From: Candidatus Sulfotelmatobacter sp.
GTDB lineage: Bacteria > Eisenbacteria > RBG-16-71-46
Reading direction: 5' to 3'
DNA length: 64,000 nt
Assembly (NCBI GenBank): GCA_035498555.1
Contig: DATKAB010000093.1
Location: forward strand, 27,675-91,674
The notes below the pieces were generated by a model that had not been told where the DNA came from, did not search any database, and was given only the letters and a program-made list of their open reading frames with translations. Positions 1-10,699 of the stretch are shown piece by piece. The translations under genes and the position numbers were made by a program. The stretch's first letter is position 1; the number at the start of each line of letters is the position of its first letter.

Positions 1-444
1 GCGGGGGCGAATCAGCTGATCCAGGGGCAGGCCCTCGACGTGGAAGCCGAGGGCCGGCGCGTCACGCGCGACGACGTGGCCGAGATCCATCTCCGCAAGA
101 CCGGCGCGCTGATCGCCGCTTCACTCGCAATGGGCGCGATCGCCGGCGGCGCCGACGAGTCCATGATCGCCGGACTTCACGATCTCGGGCTCGATCTCGG
201 GCTGGCCTTCCAGATCCAGGACGATCTGTTGAACGCCGGCTCGACGCTCGCGCGTCTGGGGAAGCGTGGCGGCACCGACGCGGCGCGGGGCAAAGCGACC
301 TGGCCGCGCGCGGTCGGGCAGCGGCAGGCCGAGGCCGACGCGGCGTCGCTCCACGTCACGATCGCCGAGCGACTCGCCGCGCTCGGCCCGCGGGCGCGGA
401 AGCTGCGGCAACTGGTCGCGGCGCTGGCCGCGCGCAAGCGCTGA
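1..444 (+). CDS. ispA: Polyprenyl diphosphate synthase (farnesyl/geranylgeranyl diphosphate synthase), 5'-truncated at the window edge
   Basis: The reading frame is open from nt 1. It carries the second aspartate-rich motif FQIQDDLLN and a KRGG Lys region typical of trans-prenyltransferases. ispA-dxs synteny is classic. Confidence 0.8.
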   Translation, partial: AGANQLIQGQALDVEAEGRRVTRDDVAEIHLRKTGALIAASLAMGAIAGGADESMIAGLHDLGLDLGLAFQIQDDLLNAGSTLARLGKRGGTDAARGKATWPRAVGQRQAEADAASLHVTIAERLAALGPRARKLRQLVAALAARKR

Positions 445-573
445 AGAGCGAATCCGGACCGCTCGCCGACCCCGAGTTCCATCGGACTCACCGGCATTTG
501 CCCTGACGCGCCCGTCTCCGTATCGTGGCCGGCGATTTTCGCCGCCATCCCAGGTTGAGCAGGAGGGTGCACC

Positions 574-999
574 ACGGAACCGTTCTGGCTCGCGCTCCTC
601 ATCGGCTTCCTGATCCAGACCTACAAGGGCCTGAGGGCCTACTTCTCGTCACGCCGCTGGAATCTGCGTCGCTTCGTCGAGACCGGCGGCATGCCGAGCT
701 CGCACGCCGCATCGGTGGCAGCGCTCTCGACCGCGGTCGGCATGCAGGAAGGCTTCCGCTCGACGATGTTCGGCGTGACGCTATTCTTCAGCCTGATCGT
801 CATGTATGATGCGGCGGGATTGCGGCGCGCGGCAGGCCGGCACGCGGCGGTGCTCAACCGCCTGATCGAGGAGCACTTCGAGGATCACGCGGGGACGCAG
901 CGCCTGATGGAGTTGCTCGGCCACACGCCGTTCGAGGTGCTGATCGGCGCTCTGCTCGGCGTCGCCAGCGCCCTGACCTGGGATCGATTGTTCGGATGA
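574..999 (+). CDS. DUF212 / acid-phosphatase-vanadium-haloperoxidase-related membrane protein (YuiD-like). Start uncertain: ATG at 691, or a non-canonical ACG at 574
   Basis: GGMPSSHAA motif, hydrophobic helices and similarity to B. subtilis YuiD. The N-terminal TM helix (EPFWLALLIGFLIQ) is encoded upstream of the first ATG (691). AGGAGGG lies at 561-567, 6 nt before an ACG codon at 574. An in-frame stop lies at 556-558. Confidence 0.6.
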   Translation, partial: TEPFWLALLIGFLIQTYKGLRAYFSSRRWNLRRFVETGGMPSSHAASVAALSTAVGMQEGFRSTMFGVTLFFSLIVMYDAAGLRRAAGRHAAVLNRLIEEHFEDHAGTQRLMELLGHTPFEVLIGALLGVASALTWDRLFG

Positions 1000-2888
1000 G
1001 CCTGCTCGAACGGATTCACTCTCCAGCCGACCTGAAGAAGCTCTCCCGCGAAGAGCTGGCCCTGCTCGCGACCGAAATCCGCCACGAGGTGATCCAGACC
1101 GTGGCCCGCAACGCCGGCCACCTCGCGCCCAATCTGGGTGTGGTCGAGCTGACCCTCGCGCTCCATCGCATCTTCGATTCGCCGCGCGACAAGATCATCT
1201 GGGACGTCGGGCACCAGTCCTATCCGCACAAGCTGGTGACCGGGCGGTTCGAGCGCTTCGGCACGCTGCGCATGTGGGACGGAATCGCCGGCTATCCGCG
1301 CCGCGCCGAGAGCGAGCACGATCCGTTCGGCACCAGCCACGGCTCGACCTCGATTTCGGCGGCCCTCGGCTTCGCCGTGGCGCGCGATCTGAAGGGCGAG
1401 CATCACCACGTGATCGCCGTGATCGGCGATGGCGCACTCACCGGCGGCATGGCGTTCGAAGGGCTGAACAATGCCGGCGAGCTGAAGAAGCGCCTGATCG
1501 TGATCCTGAACGACAACGAGATGAGCATCTCGCCCAACATCGGCGCGATCCACCGTTACCTCACCAAGCTCACCACCAGCCGCATCTACCGCCGCTTCGA
1601 GCAGGACGTGTACGAGCTGCTCGGCAAGCTGCCCAAGGCGCTGCGCGCGCGCGAAGGCGCCCGCCGGGTGAAGGAGGGGCTCCAGAACCTGGTGCTGCCC
1701 GGACTGTTGTTCGAAGAGCTGGGCTTCAAGTACTTCGGGCCGATCGATGGTCACGATCTCGACGTGCTCGAAGAGACGCTCTCGGATCTCAAGCGCTTCG
1801 ACGAGCCGGTCTTCCTGCACGTGCTGACCCGCAAGGGACGCGGCTACGCGCCAGCCGAGACCGACGCCACCACTTTCCACGGCGTCGGCGTGTTCGATCC
1901 CGACACCGGCACGGCATCCAAGGGCGCGAAGAAGACCTATTCACACGTGTTCGGCGAGACCGCCAGGAAGCTGGGCGAAGCGCTCCCCAATCTGGTCGCC
2001 GTCACCGCCGCGATGACCGACAACACCGGGCTCAGCGCGTTCGCCCGGGCGTTTCCGAACCGCTTCTTCGATGTCGGCATGGCCGAGGAGCACGCCGTCA
2101 CGTTCTCGGCCGGGCTGGCCGCCGAGGGCATGGTGCCGCTCACCACCATCTACTCGACGTTCCTCCAGCGCGGCTTCGATCAGATCATCCACGACGCTGC
2201 CGTGCAGAACCTGAAGATCGTGCTGTGCATCGACCGCGCCGGCCTGGTGGGCGAGGATGGCGCGCCCCAGCACGGCGTGTTCGACGTCGGCTACCTGCGC
2301 ATGATCCCCGGCACCGTGGTGATGCAGCCGCGCAACGGCGAGGAGCTGCGCGACATGCTCTGGACCGCCGCGATGTGGGAGGGTCACGCGCCGATCGCGG
2401 TGCGCTATCCGCGCTCGCCGATCCCGGAAGAGGCACTGCCCCGTCGCGAGCCGCGCGTGCTCGAGATCGGCCGCGCCGAGCAGCTGCGCGCCGGTGGAGA
2501 CGCCGCGCTGATCGCCCTCGGTGCCATGGTCGCTCCGTCACTGTTGGCGGCCGAGCTGCTGGCCGAGCAGGGCCTGTCGGTGACGGTCGTCAATGCGCGT
2601 TTCGCCCAGCCGCTCGACGAAAAGACCATCGGCGGACTCGCGCGTTCGGTGGGACGCATCGTCACGATCGAGGAAAACGTCATCGCCGGCGGCTTCGGCA
2701 GCGCGGTGAGCGAGTGCCTCGATCGGCTCGACCTGTCCGCGACCCCGCAACTGCGGCTCGGCATCCCCAACGAATTCGTGCTGCACGGCAAACGCGATGA
2801 GCTGCTGCGCCGCTGCGGCCTCGACGCCGCCGGCATCGCCCGCCGCACCCTCGACTGGATTCGCGCCTCCCAGCGCCAGTACATATGA
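996..2888 (+). CDS. dxs: 1-deoxy-D-xylulose-5-phosphate synthase
   Basis: 630 aa, full-length Dxs-like sequence (MSLLERIHSPADLKKL..., TPP-binding GDGALTGG). ATGA overlap with the upstream gene. Confidence 0.95.
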   Translation: MSLLERIHSPADLKKLSREELALLATEIRHEVIQTVARNAGHLAPNLGVVELTLALHRIFDSPRDKIIWDVGHQSYPHKLVTGRFERFGTLRMWDGIAGYPRRAESEHDPFGTSHGSTSISAALGFAVARDLKGEHHHVIAVIGDGALTGGMAFEGLNNAGELKKRLIVILNDNEMSISPNIGAIHRYLTKLTTSRIYRRFEQDVYELLGKLPKALRAREGARRVKEGLQNLVLPGLLFEELGFKYFGPIDGHDLDVLEETLSDLKRFDEPVFLHVLTRKGRGYAPAETDATTFHGVGVFDPDTGTASKGAKKTYSHVFGETARKLGEALPNLVAVTAAMTDNTGLSAFARAFPNRFFDVGMAEEHAVTFSAGLAAEGMVPLTTIYSTFLQRGFDQIIHDAAVQNLKIVLCIDRAGLVGEDGAPQHGVFDVGYLRMIPGTVVMQPRNGEELRDMLWTAAMWEGHAPIAVRYPRSPIPEEALPRREPRVLEIGRAEQLRAGGDAALIALGAMVAPSLLAAELLAEQGLSVTVVNARFAQPLDEKTIGGLARSVGRIVTIEENVIAGGFGSAVSECLDRLDLSATPQLRLGIPNEFVLHGKRDELLRRCGLDAAGIARRTLDWIRASQRQYI

Positions 2889-3766
2889 GCGCGCGGATTC
2901 GCCGCGTCGGCATCCTCGGCCACACCGGCCGCGCCGGCGTGCGACGCGCGGCGCTGGCGCTGACCAGGCGACTCGCCCGGCGCCGCATCGAGGTGCGCCT
3001 CGACGGCCGCCTGGCCTCGAGCATGCGGCGCGATGACGGCCTGCCGCTCCCCGAGCTGGCGCGCTGGTGCCAGGTGCTGGTGACGCTGGGCGGCGACGGC
3101 ACCGCAGTGAGCGGCGCGCGCGCGCTGGCCGGGCGCACCGCGTCGCTGCTGCCCGTCAACTTCGGCGGGCTCGGCTTCCTCACCATCGCCGAGAGCCGCG
3201 ATCTCGATCGCGCCGTGAACCACGTCCTGGCCGGCGACTGGCCGCTGTCGCGCCGCCGGCTGGTCAGCGCGCTGGTTCGGCGCGGCGGGAAGACGGTGAT
3301 GCGTGGCGTCGCGCTCAACGACGCGGTGGTGAAGGGCGCGGGCGGCGTCTCGGCCATCCACCTGCGGCTGCGCGCGCTCGGCCACGATCTCGGCCACCTG
3401 GTGGCCGACGGGCTGATCGCGGCGACCTCGTCCGGTTCGACCGCGTATTCGCTCTCGGCCGGCGGGCCGGTGCTGGCTCCCGAAGTCGAAGCCATGGTGG
3501 TGACACCGATCTGCGCCCATTCGCTCGGCAGCCGCGCGCTGGTGCTTCCCGCCGACGCCGAGCTCGAGCTGCGGGTGATCGGCTCGTTCGAGCGCATGGT
3601 GCTGGTGCTCGACGGCAAGGTTTCGACCGATCTGCACGCGCGCGACGAAGTGAGAGTGCGACTCGACGCGGGCGGCGTGCGCGTGTTCCAGAATCCCGAG
3701 CGGCCCTTCATCAGCGCGCTCCAGCGCAAGCTCGGCTGGCAGGGGAGCCGCAAGCGAAGCATGTAA
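2885..3766 (+). CDS. nadK: NAD(+) kinase
   Basis: 293 aa with the GGDGT motif and NadK-like fold signature. ATGA overlap with the dxs stop. Confidence 0.9.
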   Translation: MSARIRRVGILGHTGRAGVRRAALALTRRLARRRIEVRLDGRLASSMRRDDGLPLPELARWCQVLVTLGGDGTAVSGARALAGRTASLLPVNFGGLGFLTIAESRDLDRAVNHVLAGDWPLSRRRLVSALVRRGGKTVMRGVALNDAVVKGAGGVSAIHLRLRALGHDLGHLVADGLIAATSSGSTAYSLSAGGPVLAPEVEAMVVTPICAHSLGSRALVLPADAELELRVIGSFERMVLVLDGKVSTDLHARDEVRVRLDAGGVRVFQNPERPFISALQRKLGWQGSRKRSM

Positions 3767-3781
3767 CCGGCGGCCTGAACC

Positions 3782-5476
3782 ATGCTCGAACGATTGTCCG
3801 TCACCGACCTCGCCCTGGTGGAACGCGCCGAGATCACGCTCGGCCCGGGGCTCAACGTGGTCACCGGCGAGACCGGAGCCGGCAAGACCCTGCTGGTGGA
3901 CGCGCTCTCGCTGCTGCTCGGCGGAAAGCCCGATCCGGACTCGGTACGCGAGGGCGCGCGCGCCGCGGTGGTCGAGGGCGAGTTCCGCGTCGATGCCGAA
4001 CGCGCCGCGGAGATCGCGAACCTCGTCTCGGAGTGGGGGGTCGAATTCGACGGCGAGACCCTGATCGTGCGCCGCGAGGTGCAACCGAACGGCCGCTCGC
4101 GCGCGGTCGTCAACCAGTCGGCGGTGACGGTGAGCGCGCTGCAAAGGCTGGGGGAGCGGCTCGCGGATTTCCACGGCCAGCACGAGCACCAGAGTCTGCT
4201 GCGCCCGGAAGGGGGCCTCGAGGCGCTCGATCGACTCGCCGGCCTCGAATCCGAGCGCGACGCCTATCGCGAGGCGCTGGCGGCCTGGCGGGAAGCCAGC
4301 GGCGAGCTCGAGCGCCTCGAAGCGCAGCTGCGCACCTACGCCGAGCGGCGCGATTACCTGATGGAGGCGGCGCGCGAGCTGGACGGAGCGCGCCTCGAGG
4401 ACGGGGAAGAGGAGATCCTCGCCCGCGAAGCCGCTCGCCTCGCCCATGCGGATCGGCTTCGCGAGCTGGTCGCCGGCGCGTTGTCCGAGCTGATCGACGA
4501 CGAGAACGCCGCCGCCGACCGGCTGGGCCGGGCGCTCCATGCCGTGGAGCAGGCCTCGGGCTTCGATCCCTCGCTCGAGGAGCGGCTGACCGCGCTGCGC
4601 GAAGCCACCATCTCGGCCAACGAGGCGGCGCGCGCGCTCGCCGCTTACGCCAGCCGCCTGCAGGCCGACCCCGGCGCGCTCGAACAGGTGGAGGAGCGCC
4701 GGGCGCTGATCGCGCGATTGTGCCGCAAGTATCGCCGCTCGGTGCCCGAGCTGCTCGACTGGCGCGACGAGCTGTCCGGCGAGCTCTCGACCGGCGAGGA
4801 CGCGGAAGCGACGCTGACCCGCGCGAAGGAGGGAGAGCGTGTCGCTCGCGCCGCCTGCGAGCGCGCCGCCCGGGCGCTCTCCGCGGAGCGCCGGGCGGCG
4901 GCCGCCGAGTGGTCCTCGGCAATCAGCAGGGAGCTCAAGCCGTTGGGATTCTCGAGCGCGCGGCTCGAATTCGTCACCACCCCGCGGGAACCCGAGGGCG
5001 CGACGTTTCACGCCAACGGGATCGAGCGGGTGGAGATGAGCTTCACGCCCAATCCCGGCGAGGCCGCCCGCCCTCTGCCTCGGATCGCCTCGGGCGGCGA
5101 GCTGTCGAGGGTCATGCTGGCCCTCAAGTGCGCGCTGCAAGCCCGTGACCGGGTTGACCTTCTGGTTTTCGACGAAGTAGATTCCGGAATCGGCGGTGCG
5201 GTCGCGCAAGCGGTCGGAGAGCGGCTCCGGCGGCTTGCCGAGCACCGTCAGATCCTGTGCGTGACCCATTTGGCCCTGATCGCCGCCCTCGGCAACCAGC
5301 ACGTGCGCGTGTTCAAACGCGCGGAGAAGGGCCGCACGGTCACGCGCGTCGACCGGCTCGAAGGCGCCGAACGCGTCGAAGAGCTGGCGCGCATGTTGGC
5401 CGGCGACCGGGTGACCGAGACCACCCGCCGCCAGGCGCGCGAGCTGCTGTCGCCGGCGCGCGCGGCGGCGCGATGA
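3782..5476 (+). CDS. recN: DNA repair protein RecN
   Basis: 564 aa with N-terminal Walker A GETGAGKT, a coiled-coil middle and C-terminal signature/Walker B. nadK-recN synteny is conserved. Confidence 0.92.
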   Translation: MLERLSVTDLALVERAEITLGPGLNVVTGETGAGKTLLVDALSLLLGGKPDPDSVREGARAAVVEGEFRVDAERAAEIANLVSEWGVEFDGETLIVRREVQPNGRSRAVVNQSAVTVSALQRLGERLADFHGQHEHQSLLRPEGGLEALDRLAGLESERDAYREALAAWREASGELERLEAQLRTYAERRDYLMEAARELDGARLEDGEEEILAREAARLAHADRLRELVAGALSELIDDENAAADRLGRALHAVEQASGFDPSLEERLTALREATISANEAARALAAYASRLQADPGALEQVEERRALIARLCRKYRRSVPELLDWRDELSGELSTGEDAEATLTRAKEGERVARAACERAARALSAERRAAAAEWSSAISRELKPLGFSSARLEFVTTPREPEGATFHANGIERVEMSFTPNPGEAARPLPRIASGGELSRVMLALKCALQARDRVDLLVFDEVDSGIGGAVAQAVGERLRRLAEHRQILCVTHLALIAALGNQHVRVFKRAEKGRTVTRVDRLEGAERVEELARMLAGDRVTETTRRQARELLSPARAAAR

Positions 5477-6935
5477 TCGTTCCGACCCGCTCCGAATTCC
5501 ACGCCCTCGCGCGCACCGGAAAACTGGTGCCGGTGTATCGCGAGGTGTTCGCCGACCACGAGACACCGGTCTCCGCGTTCCGAAAGATCGATGACGGCGC
5601 CTATTCGTTCCTGCTCGAGAGCGTCGAGGGTGGCGAGAAGTGGGGGCGATTCTCGCTGCTGGGCAGCCGGCCCTCGCGGGTGTTCATCGCGCGCGGCCAG
5701 GCTTGCGAACTGCACGAGAACGGGAAGGTCACGAAGCTCGCGCGGGCGCCGCTCGAAGAGCTGGCCGAGCTGTTGCGCGCCAATCAGGCCGTGCCGTTGC
5801 CAGGCCTGCCCAAGTTCTGCGGCGGGGCGGTGGGCTACCTGGGATACGACGCGGTGCGCTGGTTCGAGCGCTTGCCCACTCGGGCGGCCGACGAATTTCC
5901 GGTGCCCGACGCGGTCTTCATGTTCGGCGACGTGGTGAGCGTCTTCGACAACCTCACCCACACGTTGAAGGTGGTGACCCATGCTGCCGGCGGATCCGAT
6001 CCCGATGCCGCCTACGACGCCGCGGTCGGGCGCATCAACGCCGAGGTCGAGCGGCTGAGGAAGCCGATGGCGTGGATCGAACCGCCCGCCTGGGGAGAAG
6101 CGAGCGAGCCTCAATCGACGACGCCGCGGGAACGCTTCATGAAGTCGGTCGAGACCGCCAAGGAGCATATCCGCGCCGGCGACATCTTCCAGGTGGTGCT
6201 GAGCCATCGCATGAGCGCGGCGGTCTCGCAGCCGCCGTTCGAGGGCTATCGCGCGCTGCGGGTGACCAATCCCTCTCCGTACATGTACTTTCTGCGGCTC
6301 GGCGAGCTGTGCATCGTCGGCAGCTCGCCCGAGGTACTGGTGCGGCGAACCGACAGCACCGTCGAGGTGAGGCCGATCGCCGGCACGCGCCCGCGCGGCC
6401 GCAACGCCGACGAGGATCGCGCGCTGGAGGAGGAGCTCCGCGCGAGCGACAAGGAGCGCGCCGAGCACGTCATGCTGGTGGACCTCGGCCGCAACGACGT
6501 CGGCCGCGTGGCCGAGTTCGGAACCGTCGAGACCAACGAGTACATGGTGGTCGAGCGCTATTCGCAGGTGATGCATCTGGTGTCGAACGTGCGTGGCCGC
6601 GCGCGCCCCGAACTCACGCCGCTCGAGGTGGTGCGGGCCTGCTTTCCGGCGGGCACGGTGTCGGGCGCGCCCAAGGTGCGGGCGATGGAGATCATCGAGG
6701 AGCTGGAGCCGGTGCGGCGCGGCATCTATGCCGGGGCGGTGGGCCATTTCGACTACCATGGCAATCTCGACCTGGCGATCGCGATTCGCACCCTGGTGTA
6801 CTCCAACGGCAAGGCCCACTGGGGCGTGGGCGCCGGGATCGTGGCCGACTCCGATCCGGAAGGCGAGTGGAACGAGACCATGAACAAGGGACGCGCGCTG
6901 TGGCTGGCGATTCAGCGCGCGGAGCGGGGCGTGCG

Positions 6936-6939
<4 letters not shown>
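5473..6939 (+). CDS. trpE: Anthranilate synthase component I
   Basis: TrpE-like sequence starting [24 protein letters not shown]. The ATG overlaps the recN TGA (ATGA). The upstream part of ORF 5257..6939 overlaps recN and was rejected. Confidence 0.9.
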
Positions 6940-7522
<583 letters not shown>

Positions 7523-7526
<4 letters not shown>

Positions 7527-8530
7527 TCCAGTCCGCGATCGGCCGCGCGGTGATGCGCGAGGATCTCACCCAGGAGCAGTCGCGAGCGGCAATGGAGCAG
7601 ATCCTGGCGGGCGATGCCACGCCGTCTCAGATCGCGGCCCTGGCGATCGCGATGCGCATGAAGGGGGAGACCCCCGAGGAGATCGCCGGCATGGCGCAGG
7701 CCATGCGGCAGCGGCTGCCGGTGATCCGCACCCGCCGGAGCCCGCTGCTCGACACCTGTGGCACCGGCGGCGACAACTCCGGCACCTTCAACATCTCGAC
7801 CACCGTGGCGCTGGTGACGGCCTCGTGCGGCGTGGCGGTGGCGAAGCATGGTAACCGCGCGATGTCGAGCCGCACCGGCAGCGCCGACGTCCTGGAGTCG
7901 CTGGGCGTGCGCATCGATCTCACCCCCGAGAGCGCCGGACGCTCGCTCGACATCGCCGGCATCACCTTCCTGTTCGCGGCCAACTATCACGCCGCCCTGC
8001 GCCATGCGAGCGCTCCCCGCCGCGAGATCGGCGTACGCACGTTTTTCAACATTCTGGGGCCGCTCACCAATCCCGCCGGAGCGAGCATGCAGCTGCTGGG
8101 CGTATTCTCGGACCACTTGGTGCGGACCGCGGCCGAGGTGCTGCAGAGGCTGGGCAGCGAGCGCGCCTGGGTGGTGCACGGCCGCGACGGCCTCGACGAG
8201 CTGACGGTGTTCGAGCGCACGCACGTGGCCGAGCTGCGCGACGGCAAGGTGAGGGAGTTCGAAGTGGATCCGAAGAGCCTGGGACTCGCGCGCACCGATC
8301 GCAGCGATATTGCGGGCGGCGATGCGACGGTCAATGCCGCCAAGGTGCGCGCGGTATTGGGGGGCGAGAAGAGCGCCGCACGTGACATCGTGCTGCTCAA
8401 CACCGCTGCGGCTCTGATGGTCTCGTCCACTGTGCCCTCGCTCGAAGCCGGAGTGGAGCGCGCCGCCCGCGCCATCGACAGCGGCGCTGCGGCGGCCAAG
8501 CTCGCCGAGCTGGCGTCCTTTCGTGGCTAG
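7523..8530 (+). CDS. trpD: Anthranilate phosphoribosyltransferase
   Basis: GTG start overlapping the trpG stop. TrpD signature DTCGTGGD and N-terminal helical domain. Confidence 0.9.
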
Positions 8531-8571
8531 GCCCGGCGCCGTGCGTTTCAACGCGGGATAGGAGGCCGCCG

Positions 8572-9237
8572 ATGTTCTGCTCGAATTGTGGCGCGCCGCT
8601 GATTGCCGGGGCGGCGTTCTGTGCACGTTGCGGGGCGAGGGTCGCGTCCGCGACGCCCGTGGAGCCGCCGGCGCCGGCCTACTCGTCGCCGGCCGTCGCG
8701 CCTCCGGGTGCGAGCGCTCCGGCGCCGGGCGCGCCGGTGACGCCCGAGAGCGCGTGGGCGATGGCCTCCGCCACGACCGCGCCGCCGGTGCGCTACGCGG
8801 GATTCTGGCGGCGATTCTGGGCGGTGGTGCTGGACGGGTTGATCCTTCAGATCGTGCTGGTGCCGATCGGCTGGATCGTGTCGCGGCCCAACATGGCGAT
8901 CATCAACAGCGACGACCTGACCGCCGAGCAGCTCTGGTCCTTCCTCAGCTCGATCGCGCTGGCGGTATTCATCAGCGCGATTCTCGAGTGGATCTACCAC
9001 GCCGGAATGGAGAGTTCGGCCCGGCAGGCGACGCTCGGCAAGATGGCGCTCGGGATGCGCGTGACCGATCTGCAGGGCCGGCGCATCAGTTTCCTTCGTG
9101 CGACCGGCAGGCACTTCGGCCACGTGCTCTCCAACCTGACCTGCGGCGTCGGCTACATCATGCAGGTGTTCACGGCGCGACGGCAGGCGCTTCACGATCT
9201 GGTCGCCGGCACGCTGATCGTGCGGGCGGATAACTGA
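8572..9237 (+). CDS. RDD-family membrane protein with N-terminal CxxC...CxxC zinc ribbon
   Basis: N-terminal CSNCGAPL...CARCG, an A/P-rich linker and a C-terminal RDD-type three-TM domain (RYAGFWRRFWAVVLDGLI...). It is inserted between trpD and trpC. Confidence 0.7.
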   Translation: MFCSNCGAPLIAGAAFCARCGARVASATPVEPPAPAYSSPAVAPPGASAPAPGAPVTPESAWAMASATTAPPVRYAGFWRRFWAVVLDGLILQIVLVPIGWIVSRPNMAIINSDDLTAEQLWSFLSSIALAVFISAILEWIYHAGMESSARQATLGKMALGMRVTDLQGRRISFLRATGRHFGHVLSNLTCGVGYIMQVFTARRQALHDLVAGTLIVRADN

Positions 9238-9240
9238 GCG

Positions 9241-10056
9241 ATGGATACCACCCGGGATTTCCTGGCCCGCATCGTCGACGATCGCCGCCGCCGCGTCGCC
9301 GAGATGGCGCGGCGTGTTCCCGGCCACGTGCTGCGCTCGCGACTCGGCCCGCCGGCACCCGCCGGACGTCTGGAACGGGCGCTGCGGCGCGGCTCGGCCT
9401 CGTCGCCGCTCCGGCTGTTGTGCGAGATCAAGCGCGCCTCGCCCTCGCGAGGCGTCCTGAACCCCGGTCTCGATCCGGTTGCGACCGCGAAGCTCTACGA
9501 AGCCGGCGGCGCGGCGGCGATCTCGATCGTGACCGAGCCCGACCACTTCCAGGGCGATCCGGCGTGGGTGAATGCGGTGCGACCGCACGTCCGGGTGCCG
9601 CTGCTGGTCAAGGATTTCGTGGTGGACTCCTACCAGCTGCTGGACGCCGCGTCGCGCGGCGCGGACGGCGTGCTGCTGCTGGCCGCGGTGCTCTCCGAGG
9701 TGCAGCTGCAGCGGTTGATCACCGAGGCGCGCCTGCTCGGCCTCGACGCGCTGGTCGAGATCCACGATGCACCCGAGCTGCCGCGCGCCATCCGCGCCGG
9801 CGCGACGCTGGTGGGCATCAACAATCGCGATCTTCACTCCTTCGACGTGGAGGTCGAGACCTCGATGCGATTGCTGCCCGACGTGCCGCCGCTGGTGACC
9901 GCGGTCGCCGAGAGCGGGCTGTCGGCGCCCGATCAGCTGCGGCGGCTGCGCGAGACGCGCTGCGACGCCGTGCTCATGGGTGAGGTCTTCATGACCAGCC
10001 CCGATCCCGCGGCGACGCTCGCCACGCTACGCGCCGCCGCCGAAGGCCGCGCCTGA
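9241..10056 (+). CDS. trpC: Indole-3-glycerol-phosphate synthase
   Basis: 271 aa TIM-barrel IGPS sequence (LxEIKRASPSxG-like CEIKRASPSRG). Confidence 0.9.
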   Translation: MDTTRDFLARIVDDRRRRVAEMARRVPGHVLRSRLGPPAPAGRLERALRRGSASSPLRLLCEIKRASPSRGVLNPGLDPVATAKLYEAGGAAAISIVTEPDHFQGDPAWVNAVRPHVRVPLLVKDFVVDSYQLLDAASRGADGVLLLAAVLSEVQLQRLITEARLLGLDALVEIHDAPELPRAIRAGATLVGINNRDLHSFDVEVETSMRLLPDVPPLVTAVAESGLSAPDQLRRLRETRCDAVLMGEVFMTSPDPAATLATLRAAAEGRA

Positions 10057-10066
10057 TGGAGGACGC

Positions 10067-10699
10067 TTGGCGCGTACGATCGTCAAAGTGTGCGGCCTCA
10101 CCCGGCTCGAGGACGCGCGCGCCGCGCTCGAGGCCGGAGCCGACTGGCTCGGATTCATCCTGATGGGGGAGAGCCCGCGACGCGTATCGCCCCAACAGGC
10201 GCGCTCGATTCTCGACGCGCTGCCGGGCGCGGTGGGCGTGGCGGTGATGGTGTCGCCGAGCCCCGACGAGGCCCGCGAGCTGGCGATCCGCGCCGGTGTG
10301 CGCCGGGTGCAGCTCCACGGCGTGGACGCCGCGAGCTGGCCGCGCGATTTCCCGCTGCCCGTCACCTTCGTGGTGCCGGTCGCGGAGGATGGGGCGATGC
10401 TGGCGCCGCTTCCCGACAAGCGCGACCTGGTGATGCTCGACACGGCACGCGGGCAGACTTCGGGCGGCTCCGGGCGCACCTTCCCGTGGTTCGTGGCGGC
10501 CACCGTGGCGGCCGAATTCCAGGTGATCGTCGCGGGCGGACTCGAAGGATCGAACGTCGAGAAGATGCTCGACCAGGTGAGGCCGTTCGGCGTGGACGCC
10601 TCCTCGCGGCTCGAGGCCTCCCCCGGAATCAAGGATCCCGACAAAGTGCGGCGCTTCATCGCCGCGGTGAGACGACATGACACGAACCGCGCGACCTGA
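10067..10699 (+). CDS. trpF: Phosphoribosylanthranilate isomerase
   Basis: 210 aa with a KVCGLT N-terminus typical of PRAI. Confidence 0.85.
   Translation: MARTIVKVCGLTRLEDARAALEAGADWLGFILMGESPRRVSPQQARSILDALPGAVGVAVMVSPSPDEARELAIRAGVRRVQLHGVDAASWPRDFPLPVTFVVPVAEDGAMLAPLPDKRDLVMLDTARGQTSGGSGRTFPWFVAATVAAEFQVIVAGGLEGSNVEKMLDQVRPFGVDASSRLEASPGIKDPDKVRRFIAAVRRHDTNRAT

Noticed and set aside
5257-5472. Long N-terminal extension of trpE
   Set aside because: It overlaps recN and is Arg-rich. TrpE homology begins at MIVPTRSEF (5473).
2405-5566. 1053-aa minus-strand ORF
   Set aside because: It is antisense to dxs, nadK and recN, which have unambiguous homology. It has typical high-GC antisense open-frame Arg/Ala/Gly composition.
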